Assembly: GCF_018350175.1 (NCBI RefSeq)
Contig: NC_058383.1
Span: forward strand, 11,472,001-11,536,000
DNA: 64,000 nucleotides
Direction of reading: 5' to 3'
Source: Felis catus
Taxonomy: Eukaryota
Made by a program: the position numbers and the translations under genes. Below, piece after piece: positions 33,954-46,850 of the stretch (position 1 is its first letter; the number at the start of each line of letters is the position of its first letter). Under the pieces are notes generated by a model that was given only the letters and a program-made list of their open reading frames with translations, was not told the DNA's origin and did no database searches.

Positions 33954-35189
33954 GTAGTGTGGCTGCTGGAAGGCGGGGTGCTGTGTCTCCTTTTGCCTTC
34001 TTGTCGTCTCTTCGTGAGCCGGTACCTTTGACTTGTAGGAAACTGCAGCCTGGAACACAGAAGATGCTGCATTTGATAACCGCCCCTTCTCTCTGGTTAC
34101 TCTGGACCCCCTTGGGCGATGCACGTTTTCCCTCATACTTTTGGTTGATTCTTTATCCTCACGTTCAAATCGTCTTGTTCACAGAGGCTGCACATGAAAC
34201 ACGTAACAGATGCCAAGCATTTCCGTGTCTCCTGGCTGCCACAGGGCGGGGTGAAAACAGTTGGTGGGGTCAGAGGTTCTACAGCATTGAAGTTGTGAGG
34301 CTCTGGACTAGGGCATATTGGCCAACAGGGATGGGGGTCTGAAGATGGAGATAAGGGAGCAAAGGTAAGGGGGTAAACAGTGGGCAAGACTGGAGGAGCC
34401 CCAAGCCTTTGTGAAACCTTAATGAAGACCACTTGAAAGGGAAGAAGACGGAGCCTCCTGTCGCTGTCCGCGCTTGGAATGCATGTCTTCGACCCGAAGG
34501 ACCGAATGGTACCGCGCTGTGGTCTGTGTGTCTCCACAGGGCCTTAGGGGCTGACCATTCTCCCGTGGATGGAGATTGAGCTCCCTCTGAAGGGACTAGA
34601 CGGTCCCACCTTCAATCACAGGCTTTAGATTCGAGGGAGAAAGTATCCAGGATAGAGAACGTGGCGAGAGCCTATCCCCGGTGCTGGCGCAAGTGGCAAA
34701 GTGGGAGGGGCAACGCCCCCACTCCTGAGGACACAGGGATGCTAACAGGCAGCCGTGCCCGGAAGACAATGGTGCCCGGAAATCTCAGAGGGGTTGTTGG
34801 TGGCATAGGAAGCAAGAAGTGTGTAGTTACGGGCAGGGTAGTAGTAGGCTCTTGAGGACTGGGTTGGGGCATCGGAGTAAAGGGCCGTGGAGAAGGGACG
34901 GGGAACTTCTGAGATGCTGAGGAGGAGTGTCGAATCCTCGAGAGACACTTTCTTTCTCTTCTCTTTTCCTTTCTGTGCCTCCATATCGCTCCGTCCTGTT
35001 CTCTCCACTGCTACTGACAGACTAATGGCCCATCATAAATTTTGTAAGTGTGGACTACCCTTTCTCTGTATATCGTATAATGGGTGAGATTTCCCTTCTT
35101 GGTGGCATCAGGAGACGGGCAAAGCTCTCAAGATGATTTCCGCCATGAGTATTAAGCCAAACCGGTTCGGGAAAACCACCACGGTGGGC

Positions 35190-35430
35190 ACCGTTGACTG
35201 CCTGCCGAATGTTCTCTTCGACTTTCCCTGATAAATGAACCCCAACTGTTCAGGGTGGCGTTGTTCCTAGTCAGGCACAGTTCCTCAGCCTCCCTTACCG
35301 TTAAGGTGGGGGGGGGGGGACACACGACACAGTCTGACTAATGGGACATAAATGGAAATGTCCCGGTGGTGCCACCATTTCATGTTTTCTTTCTCCTTCT
35401 TCCTTTCTTGAAGTGATTGAAACATGGCCT
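35190..35430 (+). mobile_element. MaLR LTR 5' part (MLT1J/K-like)
   Basis: ttcctcagcctcccttaccgttaaggtgg...aatgggacataaatggaa. Confidence 0.5.
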
Positions 35431-36261
35431 TCGACTTCAAAGCGTTCGCTGCCCTTCGAGAGACAATCTTTCGTCTGACAAATATTTACTGAGCGCCTGC
35501 CAAGTGCCAAACACTGTGCCAGTGTTGGTGAACGAAGCTCAGACCATCTGGGCTCTTCTGAGACGTACGTTTCTAATTAGCGAAGCAAATCAGTCAAGTA
35601 TCTGACCGAACAACAGGAAAATATGAGCTAGGAGTGAGTAATTTGATGGAAACGAATCAGGAACAGATTGGAGATTACTGGGGGTCAGCAGTCAGTGAAG
35701 GCTTTTTGGGGATGACATCGATTCGAGAGTCTGAACGCACAAGGGAAAGGCAGCTGTTGATCATTGTTGGACGTGTTCGGGGATAGCAGGTTCCTCAGGC
35801 CAGAATGACCTCTGAGGACTCAAGGATCAGAGAAATGGATACTGAGACTGGGTGTGTAGACGACAATTGTAGTTTGGTGAGCTGCATACCATGATAGAGA
35901 AGGCACAAGGGGGTCTGACAAAATGGAGCAGAGAGTAGCCACGCCTTCTGGGTCTTTGGTCTTGGAGGTCACTCAGGTCTCCTGGGGACTCACCTGAACC
36001 ACAGTGGAAAATGCAGGCAGTCGTGGCTGTGTTTGCCTCCCTGTGCCACCTCTTTTCTGCATTGTTCCGTAAGATCTGCTTGCCAGGTGGGCTCAGGGCC
36101 AGATCTGGTACCTGCTGGTCTTTTCTGAGCATCCTGTTGGAGACGGGCTCTCCTTTCTTTCTTCAAATGCTTATAGGCCATGACGAATATCCCCCTGTTG
36201 CCATGATTAATACTCCCCTGGCCACCATGTCTCTTGTATTTTAATTGTTCTACATTTTTAC

Positions 36262-36476
36262 CTTTAAAAAATTATTTATTATTTGAGAGAGAGAGAGGAG
36301 AAAGAGAAAGGGTGCATGGATGGGAGGGGCAGAGAGAGGGAGAGAGAGAATCCCAAGCAGGGCTTTGCACTCACCCCGTGGAGCCTGACGAAGGGCTCGA
36401 TCCCGTGACTGTGAGATCGTGACCTGAGCCAAAACTGAGAGTCAGCTGCTTCCCTGATTGAGCCACTCAGGTGCCC
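36262..36476 (-). mobile_element. Carnivore SINEC (older type)
   Basis: full antisense SINE; TSD ttaccttt. Confidence 0.94.
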
Positions 36477-36843
36477 TTACCTTTTGTATTATCAACTCTG
36501 CTTGAATTAACTTTCGGTTCCCCCAATTTCTAGATTTCTATGTGCGCTTTATCTATCTGTGTGAAACACTCAGCTGTATATTTTTTTCATGATTTTGATT
36601 ACATTTTCACATGGATCACGTGTGTGTGACTTCCACGTGGCCACTCTCCGTGCAGGTTTCTAGTGAGCATGTGCTTCAGAGAGGATGTAAGTCGACAGTC
36701 ACTTGAGCCTTCAGGACACATGTCTAAGGGTTACGTGCCTGTACAATCATTTGGTTAAAGATAGGGCTACAGAGGTAGAAAGATACAGACAGACAATAGT
36801 TTCCTCCTCTGGGCTGAGCAATGTGCTAAGTAAGCATTTACAT

Positions 36844-37066
36844 TAGGGGTCAGTGAACTGACCCCTTCCACTGAAGTGGAAGAAAATCCAACGTGATAAG
36901 TAAAGTCTTATTGGAACGTGGCCATGCATGTTCATTTACATATTGTCTATGGCTGCCTTGGTGCTATGGTGGCGGAATTGAGCAGTTGAGATAGAGGCCA
37001 TATGGCTCACAAAGCCTGAAATTATGACTACCTGACCCTATACAGAAAAGGGTTGTTGTCTTGTAG
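36844..37066 (+). mobile_element. hAT-Charlie MITE MER58A
   Basis: taaagtcttattggaac...ttcatttacatattgtctatggctgc...ttgagcagttg...cacaaagcctgaaa...tacagaaaa. Confidence 0.85.
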
Positions 37067-38319
37067 GACTAAAATGCCTGGGTCCTCCCTTCTGTAGGAA
37101 CTCTTCTCTACCTCCCACTCCCCACCAATTCTGAGAAAGTCAAGGGGAAACTGAGGAAGTAGAAAAGAGAGAGTATTTTTTGGTTGTTGTTGTTGGTCAA
37201 TCAGATCAGAAAGGCTTTCCGGGTTGAACCTGAATCCAGTCATCAGAAGGAAGGTCACTTATCCTGGTACCCAAAATGAGATGAGGCCAGAAGCTGTTAA
37301 TGCAAACTAGCCAGAAAGCAGAGGGACGAAGAGGACAAGGGGTGACATCATCCTGGGGAACACCTGGAACAGGTGTCTCATTGGGCAAGGTAATCCCAAC
37401 TGTACCCAACAGATGGGGGTTGCCTAGCAGATTGGAAAGGCAGGAGTTGAATGGATTCCTCTCTCTGGTTTGTGGAGCTGAAGCCTCTCTTCTTCAGTTG
37501 GTCTGTGAAAGCTGTTCTCCATTCCTTCAGGGATGGTCCTGTGAAACCACCAGAGCGGGCCATTTCCTCTTTGCTCCGTGTCAGCCGGGATTTCAGAATG
37601 CCTGCTGCCCAACCCCTTGAGCTTCTGGGCTTTGCCTCCTGCTCCCTCCTCTTTCCCTGCCTTGTCAATGCCGTAGCCCTCCCTTTGCATTTGGCTTCCT
37701 GAAATATAGTCTCATCTCTTTGCCATGCCTCTGTGATTTACTGTGTGTGAGCATCACCGCGGAGCGAGTAAGGCATTCCTCATTTTCATACCTGACACAC
37801 GAGGAGCCATAAAAGTAAGTCTCCGAAGTCAGACTCAAGGGCCTCTTGATTAAGAGTTAAATTGCTGATATGATTTACTCAGTTTGAGCTTGGGGAAACA
37901 AGGGATGTTGAAGATAATGTGATTGGCACACTCACACTTGTGCCTCTCTCGAGTGCACAGATACCTGTGGAACCCTTGCAGAGGCAATGGGGAGACCCAA
38001 CCTTGGCCTGCACCGGGGAAAAGCGGAAGACGAGAGATTGGCTCACCTGGGTCTGTTTCAGGGAAATTTGAGCTGGAAAACTCTTCCAACGTCATTTTGA
38101 ATGAAATAAAGTCAAAGGCAAAGGGGGTGTGAGATCAAAGGGGTGTGTGCGGGAACATCCCGGAAGGAACAGAAGTTCGGAGGCAATAGTTTGGGTCTTG
38201 ACTTTGCCACGGATGAGCTGTGGGAATCTTATACAGGGATGGGTCTCAGTTTCCTCACCTAAAAATTTGGGTGGGACGAAATTACATGAAGATCCTTTTG
38301 GCGGACTTAAGGGAGAATG

Positions 38320-39500
38320 AGAGACGAGGAAGAAGATCGGTAAGTTTGGAAAATATTTTTGATCAATTTTACCATGAAGGGGAGCTGAGAAGGGGCCCTC
38401 TGGTAATTGGAGGGCAAGGTGGCACCAGGATAGGGTATCTTTAAAATGGAAAATAGCGGTACTTGGGTGGCTCAGTTGGTTAAGCATCTTGACTTTGGCT
38501 CAGATCATGATCTCGCGGTTGATGAGTTCGAGCCCCATGTTGGGCTCTGTGCTGACAGCTCAGAGCCCGGAGCCTGTTTCAGATTCTGTGTCTCCCTCTC
38601 TTTGTGTCCCTCCCCCACTTGTGCTCTCTCTCCCTTGAAAATAAATAAACATTAAAAAATAAATGATTTAAAATGGAACATAATTGGACATGCTTCTGTG
38701 TTTTGGGATAGAGGAATCAATTGAAGTTATGGAAAGATAGGGATAATTGTAGGAATAAAGCCCCTGAGTGGGTGAACGGGGAGAGAATAGAGAGCTCAAG
38801 TGGCCTTTGACAGGCTCAGGGACAATTCATCCCCTGTAACTGGATTAAAGGCAAGGTATTTGGGCATGAATGCCAGGGGACAGCTGGATTTGATAACGGG
38901 AGAGGGAAATCATGCTCCTCCGACCATTCCTATTTTCTCAAAGAAACACAAGACGATGCTGTCAGCCCAGCTGGAAGGGAGGTGTCTTGGAGGTGTGACA
39001 AGCAAGCAGTTGTGATAGCATCTCAGAAAGTGAGAAGGTGACACTGTGAGGGTAATAGGGCATGGTTGTTGGCCAGTGTTGAGCGCTGGTTTGAGAAAGG
39101 TGCTCATGGATTTAAAGGGGGACCAGTTAGCATGATTGTGGGGTTTCTCTTCCAGTGGGGTTCAGCTTCCTGAGTGGGGGCCCAGAGGAGGTGAGTGGCT
39201 GGCTTCAACAAGGGAGGGGATCTGCCAGTTGAGCATTTTGCAGTAGGGGGTGAGCAGCGGAGGTGTTTGTAAAGGGGGCCGTTAGGGCGAGGGACATACA
39301 GAGCCTAAACCAGGTAAAGAGGAAAGTGAGGACCCGAGAACGATGACAGATATTCACCAAATGGTCGGATCAATGGATTTGATAGAATTAATGGAACTGG
39401 TGGACTGAGGTCCTAAGATAAGCAGGCGGGAAGCTAGTGGTCAGGAAAGCACATGTTTGCATGGAAACTGAACTCATTTCTCAGTGATCTGTTTTGAAGG
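38320..39500 (-). mobile_element. L2 LINE internal fragment, split by a SINE
   Basis: long purine-rich antisense L2-like text (tttaccatgaaggggagctgagaagggg; ggatcaatggatttg). Confidence 0.5.
38456..38666 (+). mobile_element. SINEC_Fc2-like
   Basis: TSD tttaaaatggaaaata / tttaaaatggaacata. Confidence 0.95.
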
Positions 39501-40809
39501 TCGGAGGTAGGTACTTAGGAGCCCAAGGCCAAGGTCCAGTGCTGTCAGCCACTCCCTTTCCTTCTCTGTTTTATGATATGCACATCCTTCTGGTGAACTG
39601 GTGGGTAAGGGGTTGGATCAGTGAATCCCTTTCTTACTATTGCAGAATAAAGCCAGGTCACGGATCCTATCCACGAAATCCTGCTGTCATGACTTTCGTG
39701 GTTTTAACTGTGTTATGCTTGTTGGATTAAATGGAGACTCAGTGGCTTTCTCCAGGCTGTCTTTATGATTCCCCGGTCGTACCACTGATTGGTGAAGGGA
39801 GTCTCTTAGCTGTTGACAACCCAAGGCCAGTGTAGAGAGACAGACACATCTAACCTCTAAGTGTTGGCACCTCATCAGTGGAGACAGACACTGAGATTCA
39901 AATCACACCCTGCTCGGAGGACTGATAGGACACACAGGTAATTTCCATTATACATGTGTGCTCATGGTCCTGGGGAGGTTAATACCTGACCTCCTGCTGT
40001 CTTCCCTGTTTTAGGAGAAACACAACTGTTCACTCAGCTGCCCACGTCTGAAACCCTGAGGTCATCCTTGATTTCCCTCTCTCTTTCACCTTCCTCAATG
40101 CATCGCTGTCTTGAATGAATGAATGAGTGAGCCAATGAGGGGATGAGTTACACAACTTCAGATTAGTTCAATGCACCTTGTCGAGATCTTCGTGCAGGAA
40201 AAATACTGTTGTCCCGCTCCCTCCCGTTCCGACTTTCAAATAAGAAACTAATTCACCCTGATGATTGTATGAACAGCTAAATAAATAAGTTTCAGGATGA
40301 GCTTACACATTTACTTTACAAAATGCTTATTATATTAAAGAACTTAAAAGTCCTTTCATTACAGTCGACGATATAATGCGGGTTATTTAAAGAGCGTGAA
40401 TTCATGGGCAGCACGTAATTCATTGTGGAGTATATTTGGGGTGATTATCCATCCCGTTATTGATGCTTCAGACTGGAAGTACAACACACACATCTTAATT
40501 TCTAATTATTATAAACTGTATACCAAAACATTGATATAAATATGCATGATTAATGTAAGTGAAGCAAATAACCTACAGCAACTAAGTGGATAATTATGGA
40601 CTAGTTGTAAAATTTTAATTTAAAATCAAAAAGAAAAATATAACAGCAACTGAAAACCGTGCTTAAAACTATGGACAGTCTTGAGGACACACACACACAT
40701 GCAAAAGGACCCACAGATGTCCTTTCGTAAAATTGTTAAGTTGTAGAGGGTTGTATGGACCACCACTCTGTATGTCTGTCCGTGTGGTATTTTCTAAATA
40801 TAGACACTG

Positions 40810-41210
40810 CAATACTTCTGGCCCTTGGATCTTTGTAACTACCTTGACCAACAGATCATGGGGTGAAAGTTGTAACGGGACTTCAAAAACTAGGTCATCA
40901 AAGGCAATGTGGGCCTGAGCTCTTTTGAGATTCTTATCAGTGGACCCAGCCACCATGTTATAAGGAAGCCCAGGCAGCAAGGAGAGGCCGTATGTAAACG
41001 TTTCAGCCCAGACTCTCAGCTGAAGCCTTAACCGATGGCTATTCTCAACTATTAGCCACCAGTGAATGAACCTTCGAATGATTCCAGCTTCCAGTCTTCA
41101 AGCCCCCGGCTGACACTGAGTGGAGAGAGAAAAGCTATTCCCAGTTAGTCCTGCCTGGTTACGGAGTTATGAGCAAAATAAGTGCCATTGCTTTAAGCTG
41201 CTATGGGCAG
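40810..41210 (+). mobile_element. MaLR LTR (MLT1G/H-like)
   Basis: cccagccaccatgttataaggaagcccaggc...atgattccagc...atgagcaaaataagt...ttgctttaagc. Confidence 0.75.
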
Positions 41211-41749
41211 CTTATGTGGTTTGGAACATGCATATCAGGAGCTGTGTGGTGTGGACCCAGTTTGGACGGCAAACAAATTTACCTAATAGCGTTCTGACTT
41301 GGACTCCTTGGGAAACATCCAGAATTTTGGTTCACAACTTACTTGTATCAACCAGAGAAATTCTCTTCAGGGATCACAATCTAGAAACTAGGTTTCATAC
41401 ATACGTGAAAATGGATGTCTGTGAAATTGAAAGCTGTTTTTCAGCATAAACCACAGGAAGGACTTGTAATTTGGGGATCTGCTTTGGGAGAGCCTTGAGA
41501 GAATGCTATGGGCCACCAGGAGGCTGTTGACCATTAATTGTGAGACAGTAATCAATACGGGTCACTCTCACGTCAATATCCCTCGTTCGTGAGTCACTGT
41601 AATCTCTCCCTTCCTACACTTCCCACCACGCTTACTTGTTTTTATCATAAAAGAATTTCAAATATACAGGGAAGTAGCCATTTCCATGATGACACAGATT
41701 AGCACTTAGCCAACTTTACTGCACATCTGAAACGACTTTCTTTTTTAAA

Positions 41750-41955
41750 AATATTTATTTATTTATTTTTGGGACAGAGAGAGACAGAGCATGAACGGGG
41801 GAGGGGCAGAGAGAGAGGGAGACACAGAATCGGAAACAGGCTCCAGGCTCCGAGCCATCAGCCCAGAGCCCGACGCGGGGCTCGAACTCACGGACCGCGA
41901 GATCGTGACCTGGTTGAAGTCGGACACTTAACTGACTGCGCCACCCAGGCGCCCC
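41750..41955 (-). mobile_element. Young SINEC_Fc
   Basis: diagnostic young-subfamily sequence. Confidence 0.98.
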
Positions 41956-43141
41956 TTTAAATATTTATTTTTAAAAAATATTTATTTATGCCTATTCATG
42001 TCTTCTGCCCATTCCTTCACTGGATTGATTATTTATTTATTTATCTATCTATCTATTTATTTATTTATGTATTGTTTAAATATAATTTATTATCAAGTTA
42101 GCTAACACACAGGTGCCCTTGGCTTCGGGAGTAGATTCCCATGATTCATTGCTTGCATGCAACACCCAGTGCTCATCCCAACATGTGCCCTCCTCAATGC
42201 CCATCACCCATTTTCCCCTCCTTCTGCCCCCCCCCATCAGCCTTCAGTTTGTTCTCTGTATTTAACAGTCTCTTGCCTCCCTCCCTCTCCCTTTGTACCT
42301 ATTTTTCCCCTTCCCCATTCCCCATGGTCTTCTGTTAAGTTTCTCAAATTCCACATGAGTGAAAACACATGATCTCTGTCTGTCTCCGAGTGACTTATTT
42401 TACTTAGCAACTTAGCATAATGCCCTCCAGTTCCATCCATGTTGTTGCAAATGGCAAGATTTCATTCTTTCTCATTGCCAAGTAGTATTCCCTTGTATAT
42501 ATAAACCACATCTTCTTTATCCATTCATCAGTGGATGGACATTTGGGCTCTTTCCATAATTTGGCTATTGTTGATAGTGCTGCTATAAACATTGGGGTAC
42601 AAGTGCCCCTATGAATCAGCACTCCTGATCCTTTGAATAAATTCCTAGCAATGCTATTGCTGGGTCGTAGGGTAATTCTGTTTTTCATTTTTTGATGAAT
42701 CTACACAGTGTTTTCCAGAGAGGCTGCCCCAGTATGCACTCCCACCAACAGTGCAAGAGGGTTCCCATTTCTCCACATCCTTGCCAGCATCTATAATCTC
42801 CTGATTTGTTCACTTTAGCCAGCGTGAGGTGGTATCTCAGTGTGATTTTGATTTATATTTCCCTGATGATGAGGATGTTGAGGACCTTTTCTTGTGTCTA
42901 TTAAATAGTCATTTGGATGTCTTCTTTGGAAAAGTGTCTATTCATGTCTTCTGCCCATTTCTTCCCTGGATTATTTGTTTTTCGGGTGTGGAGTTTGCTA
43001 AGTTCTTTACAGATTTTGGATACTAGCTCTTTATCTGATGTCATTTGCAACCCATTCTGTTGGTTGCCTTTTAGTTTTGTTGATTGTTCCTTTGCTGTGC
43101 AGAAGGTTTTTATCTTGATGAGGTCCCAATCGTTCAATTTT

Positions 43142-43368
43142 TTTTTTTAATTTTTATTTTTTTTTCAACGTTTATTTATTTTTGGGACAGAGAGAGACAG
43201 AGCATGAACGGGGGAGGGGCAGAGAGAGAGGGAGACACAGAATCGGAAACAGGCTCCAGGCTCTGAGCCATCAGCCCAGAGCCCGACGCGGGGCTCGAAC
43301 CCACGGACCGCGAGATCGTGACCTGGCTGAAGTCAGACGCTTAACCGACTGCGCCACCCAGGCGCCCC
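43142..43368 (-). mobile_element. Young SINEC_Fc in L1
   Basis: TSD tcaatttt. Confidence 0.98.
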
Positions 43369-43471
43369 TCAATTTTGTTTTTATATCCCTTGCCTTTGGA
43401 GATGTATTGAGTAAGAAGTTGCTGTGGCTGATGTCAAAGAGGTTGTTGCCTGTTTTCTCCTGTAGAGTTTT

Positions 43472-43694
43472 TTTTTTTTAATTTTTTTTTTCAACGTTTA
43501 TTTATTTTTGGGACAGAGAGAGACAGAGCATGAACGGGGGAGGGGCAGAGAGAGAGGGAGACACAGAATCGGAAACAGGCTCCAGGCTCTGAGCCATCAG
43601 CCCAGAGCCCGACGCGGGGCTCGAACTCACGGACCGTGAGATCGTGACCTGGCTGAAGTCAGACGCTTAACCGACTGCGCCACCCAGGCGCCCC
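43472..43694 (-). mobile_element. Young SINEC_Fc in L1
   Basis: exact TSD tcctgtagagtttt. Confidence 0.98.
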
Positions 43695-44959
43695 TCCTGT
43701 AGAGTTTTGATGGTCTCCTGTCTCACACTTAGGTCTTTCATCCATTTTGAGTGTATTTTTGTGTATGGTGTAAGAAAGTGGTCCAGTTTCATTTTTCTTC
43801 ATGTTGCTGTCCAGTTCTCCCAGCACCATTTGCTAAAGAGACTGTCTTTTTTTCTATTGGATACACTTCCTTGCTTTGTCAAAGATTAGTTAGCCATACA
43901 TTTGTGGGTCCAATTCTGGGTTCTCTATTCTATTCCATTGGTCTGTGTGTCTTTTTTGTGCCAACACCATACTGTCTTGATGATTACAGCTTTGTAGTAG
44001 AGGCTAAAGTCTAGGATTGTGATGTTTCCTGATTTGGTTTTCTTCTTCAATATTACTTTGGCTATTCGGGGTCTTTTGTGGTTCCATACAAATTTTAGGA
44101 CTGTTTGGTCTAGCTCTGAGAAGAGTGTTGGTGCAATTTTGTTTGGGATTTCATTGAATGTGTAGATTGCTTTGAGTAGTGTTGACATTTTAACAATATT
44201 TGTTCTTTCTATCAAGGAGCATGGGATGTTTTCCCATTTCTTTGTGTCTTCTTCAATTTTTTCATAAATTTTCTATAGTTTTTAGCATATAGATCTTTTA
44301 CCTCTTTGGTTAGGTTTATTCCTAGGTATTTTATGGCTCTTGGTGCAATTGTAAATGGGATCGATTCCTCGATTTTCTGTTGCTTCATTATTGGTGTATA
44401 GAAATGCTGCTGATTCCTGTACATTGATTTTATATTCTTGCAACTTTGCTGAATTCATGTATCAGTTCTAGCCGTTTTTTGGTGGAGTCTTTCGGGATTT
44501 CCATGTAGAGTATCACATCACCTGCAAAAAAGGAAAGTTTGACTTCTTTGACAATTTGGATGCCTTTTGTTTCCTTTTGTTGTCTGATTGCTGAGGTTAG
44601 GACTTCCCACACAATGTTAAACAACAGTGGTAAGAGTGGACATCCCTGTCGTGTTTCTGATCTCAGGGGCAAAGCTCTCAGCTTTGCCCCATTGAGGATG
44701 ATATTAGCTATGGGCCTTTCATGTACGGCTTTTATGATGTTACAGTATGTTCCTTCTATCCCGCCTTTCTTGGGTTTTCTTTTCTTTTTTTTTAAGAAAG
44801 GATGAGTATTTTGTCAAATGCTTTTTCTGTATCTATTGACAGGATCATGTGATTCTTATCCTTGCTTCTATTGATGTGATGTATCACAGTGGTTTGTGAA
44901 TATTGAACCAGCCCTGAAGCCCAGGAATGAATCCCACTTGATCATGGTGAATGATTTTT

Positions 44960-45167
44960 TTTTTTCAACGTTTATTTATTTTTGGGACAGAGAGAGACAG
45001 AGCATGAATGGGGAGGGTCAGAGAGAGAGGGAGACACAGAATCGGAAGCAGGCTCCAGGCTCTGAGCCATCAGCCCAGAGCCCGACACGGGGCTCGAACT
45101 CACGGACCGCGAGATCGTGACCTGGCTGAAGTCGGACGCTTAACCGACTGCGCCACCCAGGCGCCCC
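44960..45167 (-). mobile_element. Young SINEC_Fc in L1
   Basis: TSD tgattttttt. Confidence 0.98.
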
Positions 45168-45398
45168 TGATTTTTTTAATATACTGTTGAATTTGATTTG
45201 CTAGTATCTTGAGAATTTTTGCATCCATGTTCATCAGGGATACTGGCCTGTAATTCTCTTTTTTAGTGGGGTTTGGTGGTTTGGGAATCACAGTAATGCT
45301 GGCTTCTTACAATGGGTCCAGAAGACTTCCTTCCGTTTCTGTTTTTTGGAACAGCTTGAGAAGAATAGGTATTAACTTTGCTTTAAATGTCTGATATT

Positions 45399-45603
45399 GG
45401 GGAGGCTGGGTGGCTCAGTTGATTAAGTGTCCAACTTCAGCCCAGGTCATGATCTCACAGTTTGTGGGCTTGAGCCCCGCGTCGGGCTCTGTGCTGACAG
45501 CTCAGAGCTGGAGTCTGCTTCGGATTCTGTGTCTCCCTCTCTCTCTGCCTCTCCTTGTGCTGTCTCTTTCTGTCTCTCAAAAATTGAATAAATATTAAAA
45601 AAA
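45399..45603 (+). mobile_element. SINEC_Fc2-like in L1
   Basis: TSD ttaaatgtctg. Confidence 0.96.
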
Positions 45604-45824
45604 TTTAAATGTCTGGTAGAATTCCCCTGGGAAGCCATCCGGCCCAGAACTCTTATTTGTTGGGAGGTTTTTGATAACTGATTTAATTTCTTCACTGATT
45701 ATGGGTCTGTTCAACTTTTCTGTTTCTTCACGTTTGAGTTTTGATAGTGTGTGGGTGTCTAGGAATTTTTCCATTTCTTCCAGATTGTCCTGTGTGTTGA
45801 CATAGAATTTTTCATAGTATTCTC

Positions 45825-46041
45825 TTTTTAATTTTTTTTTAACGCTTATTCATTTTTGAGACAGAGAGAGACAGCACGGATGGGGGAAGGTCAGAGAGAG
45901 AGGGAGACACAGAATCTGAAACAGGCTCCAGGCTCTGAGGTGTCAGCACAGAGCCTGACGTGGGGCTCAAACTCATGGACCGCGAGATCATGACCTGAGC
46001 CGAAATCGGACGCCCAACCGACTGAGCCACCCAGGTGCCCC
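45825..46041 (-). mobile_element. SINEC_Fc2-like in L1
   Basis: TSD atagtattctct. Confidence 0.97.
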
Positions 46042-46622
46042 TATAGTATTCTCTAATAGTTGTTTGTATTTCTGTGGTGTTGGTTGTGATCTCTCCTCTT
46101 TCATTCATGATTTTATTTATTTGGGTTCCCTCTCCTTTCTTTTTGAGTAGTCTGGCTAGGGGGTTTATGAATTTTGTTTATCCTTTCAAAATACCAGCTG
46201 TTAGATTCATTGATCTGTTCTGCTGCTTTTTTTTATTCTATATTGTTTATTTCTGCTCTAATCTTTATTATCTCTCTTCTTCTGCTGGCTTTGGGGTTTC
46301 TTTGCTGCTCTGCTTCTAGTTCCTCTAGGTGTGAGGTTAGGTTCTGTCTTTGGGTTTTTTCCTATTTTTTGAGATAGACCTGGGTTGCAATGTATTTTCC
46401 TCTTAGGACTGTCTTTGCTGCATCCCAAAGGGTTGGACTGTCGTGTTTTCATTTTCACTTGCTTCCATATATTTTTAAATTCCTTCTTTAATTGCCTGGT
46501 TGACACACTTATTCTTTAAAGGATGTTCTTTAACCTCCATGCATTTGGAGGCTTTCTAAATTTTTTCCTGTGGTTGATTTCAAGTTTCATAGCATTGTGA
46601 TCAGAAAATATACAGGGTATTT

Positions 46623-46850
46623 GGGGCGCCTGGGTGGCGCAGTCGGTTAAGCATCTGACTTCAGCCAGGTCACGATCTCGCGGTCCGTGAGTTCGAGCCC
46701 CGCGTCGGGCTCTGGGCTGATGGCTCAGAGCCTGGAGCCTGTTTCCGATTCTGTGTCTCCCTCTCTCTCTGCCCCTCCCCCGTTCATGCTCTGTCTCTCT
46801 CTGTCCCAAAAATAAATAAAAAAACGTTGAAAAAAATTAAAAAAAAAAAA
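46623..46850 (+). mobile_element. Young SINEC_Fc in L1
   Basis: exact 18-bp TSD agaaaatatacagggtat. Confidence 0.98.

Noticed and set aside
33954..35110. Internal proviral region downstream of the solo LTR
   Set aside because: No primer-binding site, no gag/pol/env homology and no second LTR seen
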